Source of the DNA: Klebsormidium nitens
Lineage: Eukaryota; Plantae; Klebsormidiophyceae
Assembly (NCBI GenBank): GCA_000708835.1
Contig: DF237461.1
Coordinates: 2,033-66,032, forward strand
Length of the DNA: 64,000 bases
Direction of reading: 5' to 3'
Both the position numbers and the translations under genes were made by a program. Each line of letters opens with the position of its first letter. Position 1 is the stretch's first letter. Positions 61,401 through 64,000 of this stretch are shown piece after piece. The notes beneath the pieces are model-generated. The model was not told the origin of the DNA, did no database searches, and saw nothing but the letters and a program-made list of their open reading frames with translations.

Positions 61401-62805
61401 TTGAGGGGGATTGGAAGGGGTTGCCAGCCAGTGCGAAACTGAGGGTATACGAGGCTCCCGGAACGGTGGTCACCGATTGCTGCAAATCGATGAAACAGGA
61501 GCGCATTACGCACAGAACAGAGAACTTCAATATAGCTTGAGGAGAAAGGGCAGAAGGAAATCTAAGCAGGCACGGCTGGGAAGAGCAGAGCCCTTACTAG
61601 GCATGACAAACAAGCGACAAATGATAATTCATCGTTCAGCCTGACAAAGTCTTATTCCAGCCCAGGTCCGGAATCAACCAAAAGCTTGTGGGTTGACCCC
61701 AGTAAGGCACCCTGGGTGGCAGGGAACACCTTTGACGTTGAAACCAGGATCTCAATCTGCATACCAGAAAGATGCTGGAAAGAGCTAGCATGACACGCAA
61801 ATATAGCTCACTCTTCTCCCCGTCTTACTGCAGTCAGGTGAGGACTCTTGTGAAAGTTGATCCGCTTCTCAACTATTCGATATGCTGAGAGTGAGAACTC
61901 TTGTATGTAAGGGAATCCTTCTACAAACTGGCCCAGCCTACCCGAAAAAAACGTGGGGTACATATATCTAAATCTGCAGACTGCAGGGCAGCTTGCCTGT
62001 ATTGTCCCCGCGTTCACCCCATTCAGGTCCAGGCTGTGGTTCCCAGTATAGGTGGCCCACCCGTAGAGGGTGTTGACTCCACCGCTCAAGTCTACAGTCC
62101 CCTCCGTGACGGTCCATCCCAAGATGGAAGGGTTCCCCACCCCAACATTGTTGAGCTGGGGGTAGTTGGGTAACTCAAAGTCCCCATTGAAGAGGAGGTC
62201 TGTCATGAAAGAGGGACTTTGGTCTGATTGAGCCGAAGAGAGCTAGTTTATCCATCGCACTTCGGAATGGACCTGTGAAGCTTCCCAAGAATAGTGGCTT
62301 TGCATATCATGAGCCTGCTTTTGGATGTTTATTGTGTATCTTGATGATCAGAGCCACATCGACAGACATTCTCCTAGCAGCGCATGATTTGGTGGTGGCT
62401 TGAAAAAGACAGGAAGGAAGCTGCTCCAAAAACAGCTCTAAAGAGAGTATCCCAGCTTTGAAAAGTTAAGACAAACTTCCGGTCTGGTCATCTGTACTAT
62501 CGACTACAAACTGAGTTCAAACCGCGATTGGCAGAATTTGCGCACACGAAATATGTGCTGAGAATCTGCAGAATTCTACAGCCCTGTTTCTCAAAGCAGA
62601 GCGAGTGAGCGCTTCAGCAGAATCCATGAGGTGATACCAAAGCTGCATAATAATCTGACGGGATGACACGTCTGCTCAAGCAGTGGATGCTAGGATTACT
62701 AAATGTAGATTAGTGACTGCAAATCAGGTTCTCCTCACCTGCTGCCATCACCGATGAGCACCAAACAGACGCAAGAAACGCCAGAGAAAGATAGGCCATC
62801 ATCAT
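58414..62805 (-). CDS. Receptor-like kinase (RLK/Pelle, RD type) with a DUF642/choice-of-anchor-C-like ectodomain, about 655 aa
   Basis: Exons 62805-62739, 62199-61997, 61479-61152, 60708-60673, 59953-59202, 58995-58414; frame-consistent. Signal peptide MMMAYLSLAFLASVWCSSVMA; ectodomain LLFNGDFE...ILGWTV...SLDLNG...GNP...GPPIK...GPCLDSV; Pro/Ser linker; TM IAAIVGGVGGGILVAVCVLSLLLFCFW; kinase motifs GRGSFG, VAVKRL, HRDIKSANIL, DFG, GTVPYMAPEY, DVYSFG. Confidence 0.88.
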
Positions 62806-63040
62806 TTGAATTCGTAAAGTACTGGAGACTGTTTTCTGCTTGAGCAGCTGAAGAGCAGGATAACAACGCAGCCGCCTGGCCACCTTGCCCCGTGAACCAC
62901 TGATTTTTCCAGGGGCGTTAGCAACCGTGCCAGTTGCTCGATTCTACCTACCTAGCTTCGTCCTTTCTGAACCTTCTTTCAAGTTTTGGGGGAAACAAAG
63001 TCGAGTTGGAGATTCTGGTCTCTGAACCGGTTGAGCAAAA

Positions 63041-63072
63041 TACCTACCGTACCTACCTACCTGCCTACCTAT
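63041..63072. repeat. Imperfect (CCTA)n microsatellite
   Basis: tacctaccgtacctacctacctgcctacct. Confidence 0.6.
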
Positions 63073-63190
63073 ACTGTGAGTGGCAGAGAGGGTCTGCCAG
63101 GTGCCTACTACCGGTATTTGTAACGTAGGCACTGGGCAGACCCTGCATGGAGGCCGGGCAGGCTGGCAGTGGCGCAAGTAGGACAAAGTA

Positions 63191-63848
63191 CACTAATATA
63201 TTAGTGTCTCCGGAAATTCTTCTGTGTTAACACCCTCCCGTGCCGCGACCATAAATGAAAAGATCTATGAAGCTGGCCGGTAGGTACCACACCTGCAGAG
63301 CGGTCATCCAGGCACTTGCTATCGCCGGCCGGGTAGCTGGACGACAGCCAAACCTTCCTGTGTCAATCAGGTTTGAATCTTTTGAAGCTACCTAATACGG
63401 TTATCCGGTGACGGTGACTGTAACTTTGATTTCATAATTGACACTGTGACTGTGGTTGAGACTGTGACTGTGACTGAGACTGAGACAGTATTAAACCTTA
63501 ATTATGATCGCAAACAGTGGCGTTTTTAACCTGCCGGAAACCAATTGTGACTCATACTGTGACTCTTGACACTGGAACTGCCCTGGGTACCTAGACCGTG
63601 CCTGTAACTGTGACTGTGACTGAAAAGGCAGTGACTGTGCAGTGCGCAGTGTCACCGGGAAAACTGAGAGTTCCCCGGGAAGTAGCTCGGTACCATGCCG
63701 GTACCCGGTCAAAGAGGACCGGAGTCCCGCATCCAAGCAAACAGATCACTCTGACACATGTCAGACCATTAACCAATGCCTGCACAGATTGACGCCCTTT
63801 GCGAGTATTTACTCTGACAGATCGACCGGAGACACTAATATAGTAGTG
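63191..63848. mobile_element. Non-autonomous DNA transposon-like element with CACTA...TAGTG termini, 658 bp
   Basis: 23-bp TIR CACTAATATATTAGTGTCTCCGG (63191-63213) versus reverse complement of 63826-63848, 1 mismatch; TA on both flanks; internal (GTGACT)n-type simple repeats at about 63410-63640. Confidence 0.65.
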
Positions 63849-64000
63849 TAGATTGTCCCTTTTCCGCAAAAGTGTAGATGTCCCTTTTCCGGTCACGGGG
63901 CACTACAGCTGTACTGCACTGTCCCCTTGCTCTACCGCCCGCCCCTGGGTGGTTTACTTGGCAGCAGCTTTGAGGTCAGCGTTGAACTGCGCCTGTCGAG

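Noticed and set aside
63591-63896. ORFs within the CACTA-ended element as a transposase remnant
   Set aside because: Short, driven by GTGACT simple repeats, with no DDE or Tnp motifs.

Overview
Eukaryotic, intron-rich nuclear DNA with GT-AG introns and about 50-55% GC. It is most consistent with a streptophyte green alga of the Klebsormidium type (inference from intron style, land-plant-like proteins and an RLK/Pelle kinase). I assembled 11 spliced genes by eye plus one partial gene: the 3' end of a Kelch-repeat gene; a head-to-head pair of paralogous Cys-rich, probably GPI-anchored secreted proteins; TRAPPC5/Trs31; plastid LepA/GUF1; a GDPD; a plastid YbaB/EbfC (STIC2-like) protein; an HDDC2-like HD protein; a VOC/glyoxalase-I-like protein; an unusually long (about 1,586 aa) phage-type organellar RNA polymerase (RpoT); cyclophilin-40; and a receptor-like kinase with a DUF642/choice-of-anchor-C-like ectodomain. 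Three non-autonomous inverted-repeat elements are present: one TTAA-flanked around an assembly gap, one 241-bp MITE, and one with CACTA ends. The most striking unexplained structure is in at least 9 introns of LepA, RpoT and CYP40. These carry degenerate tandem 'ghost' copies of the neighbouring exon boundary (splice site plus 20-65 nt of exon, mostly 110-180 nt apart). In every ghost acceptor I could read clearly, the AG is either mutated or, where traced, leads to a premature stop. All exon coordinates were read manually and need RNA-seq confirmation.
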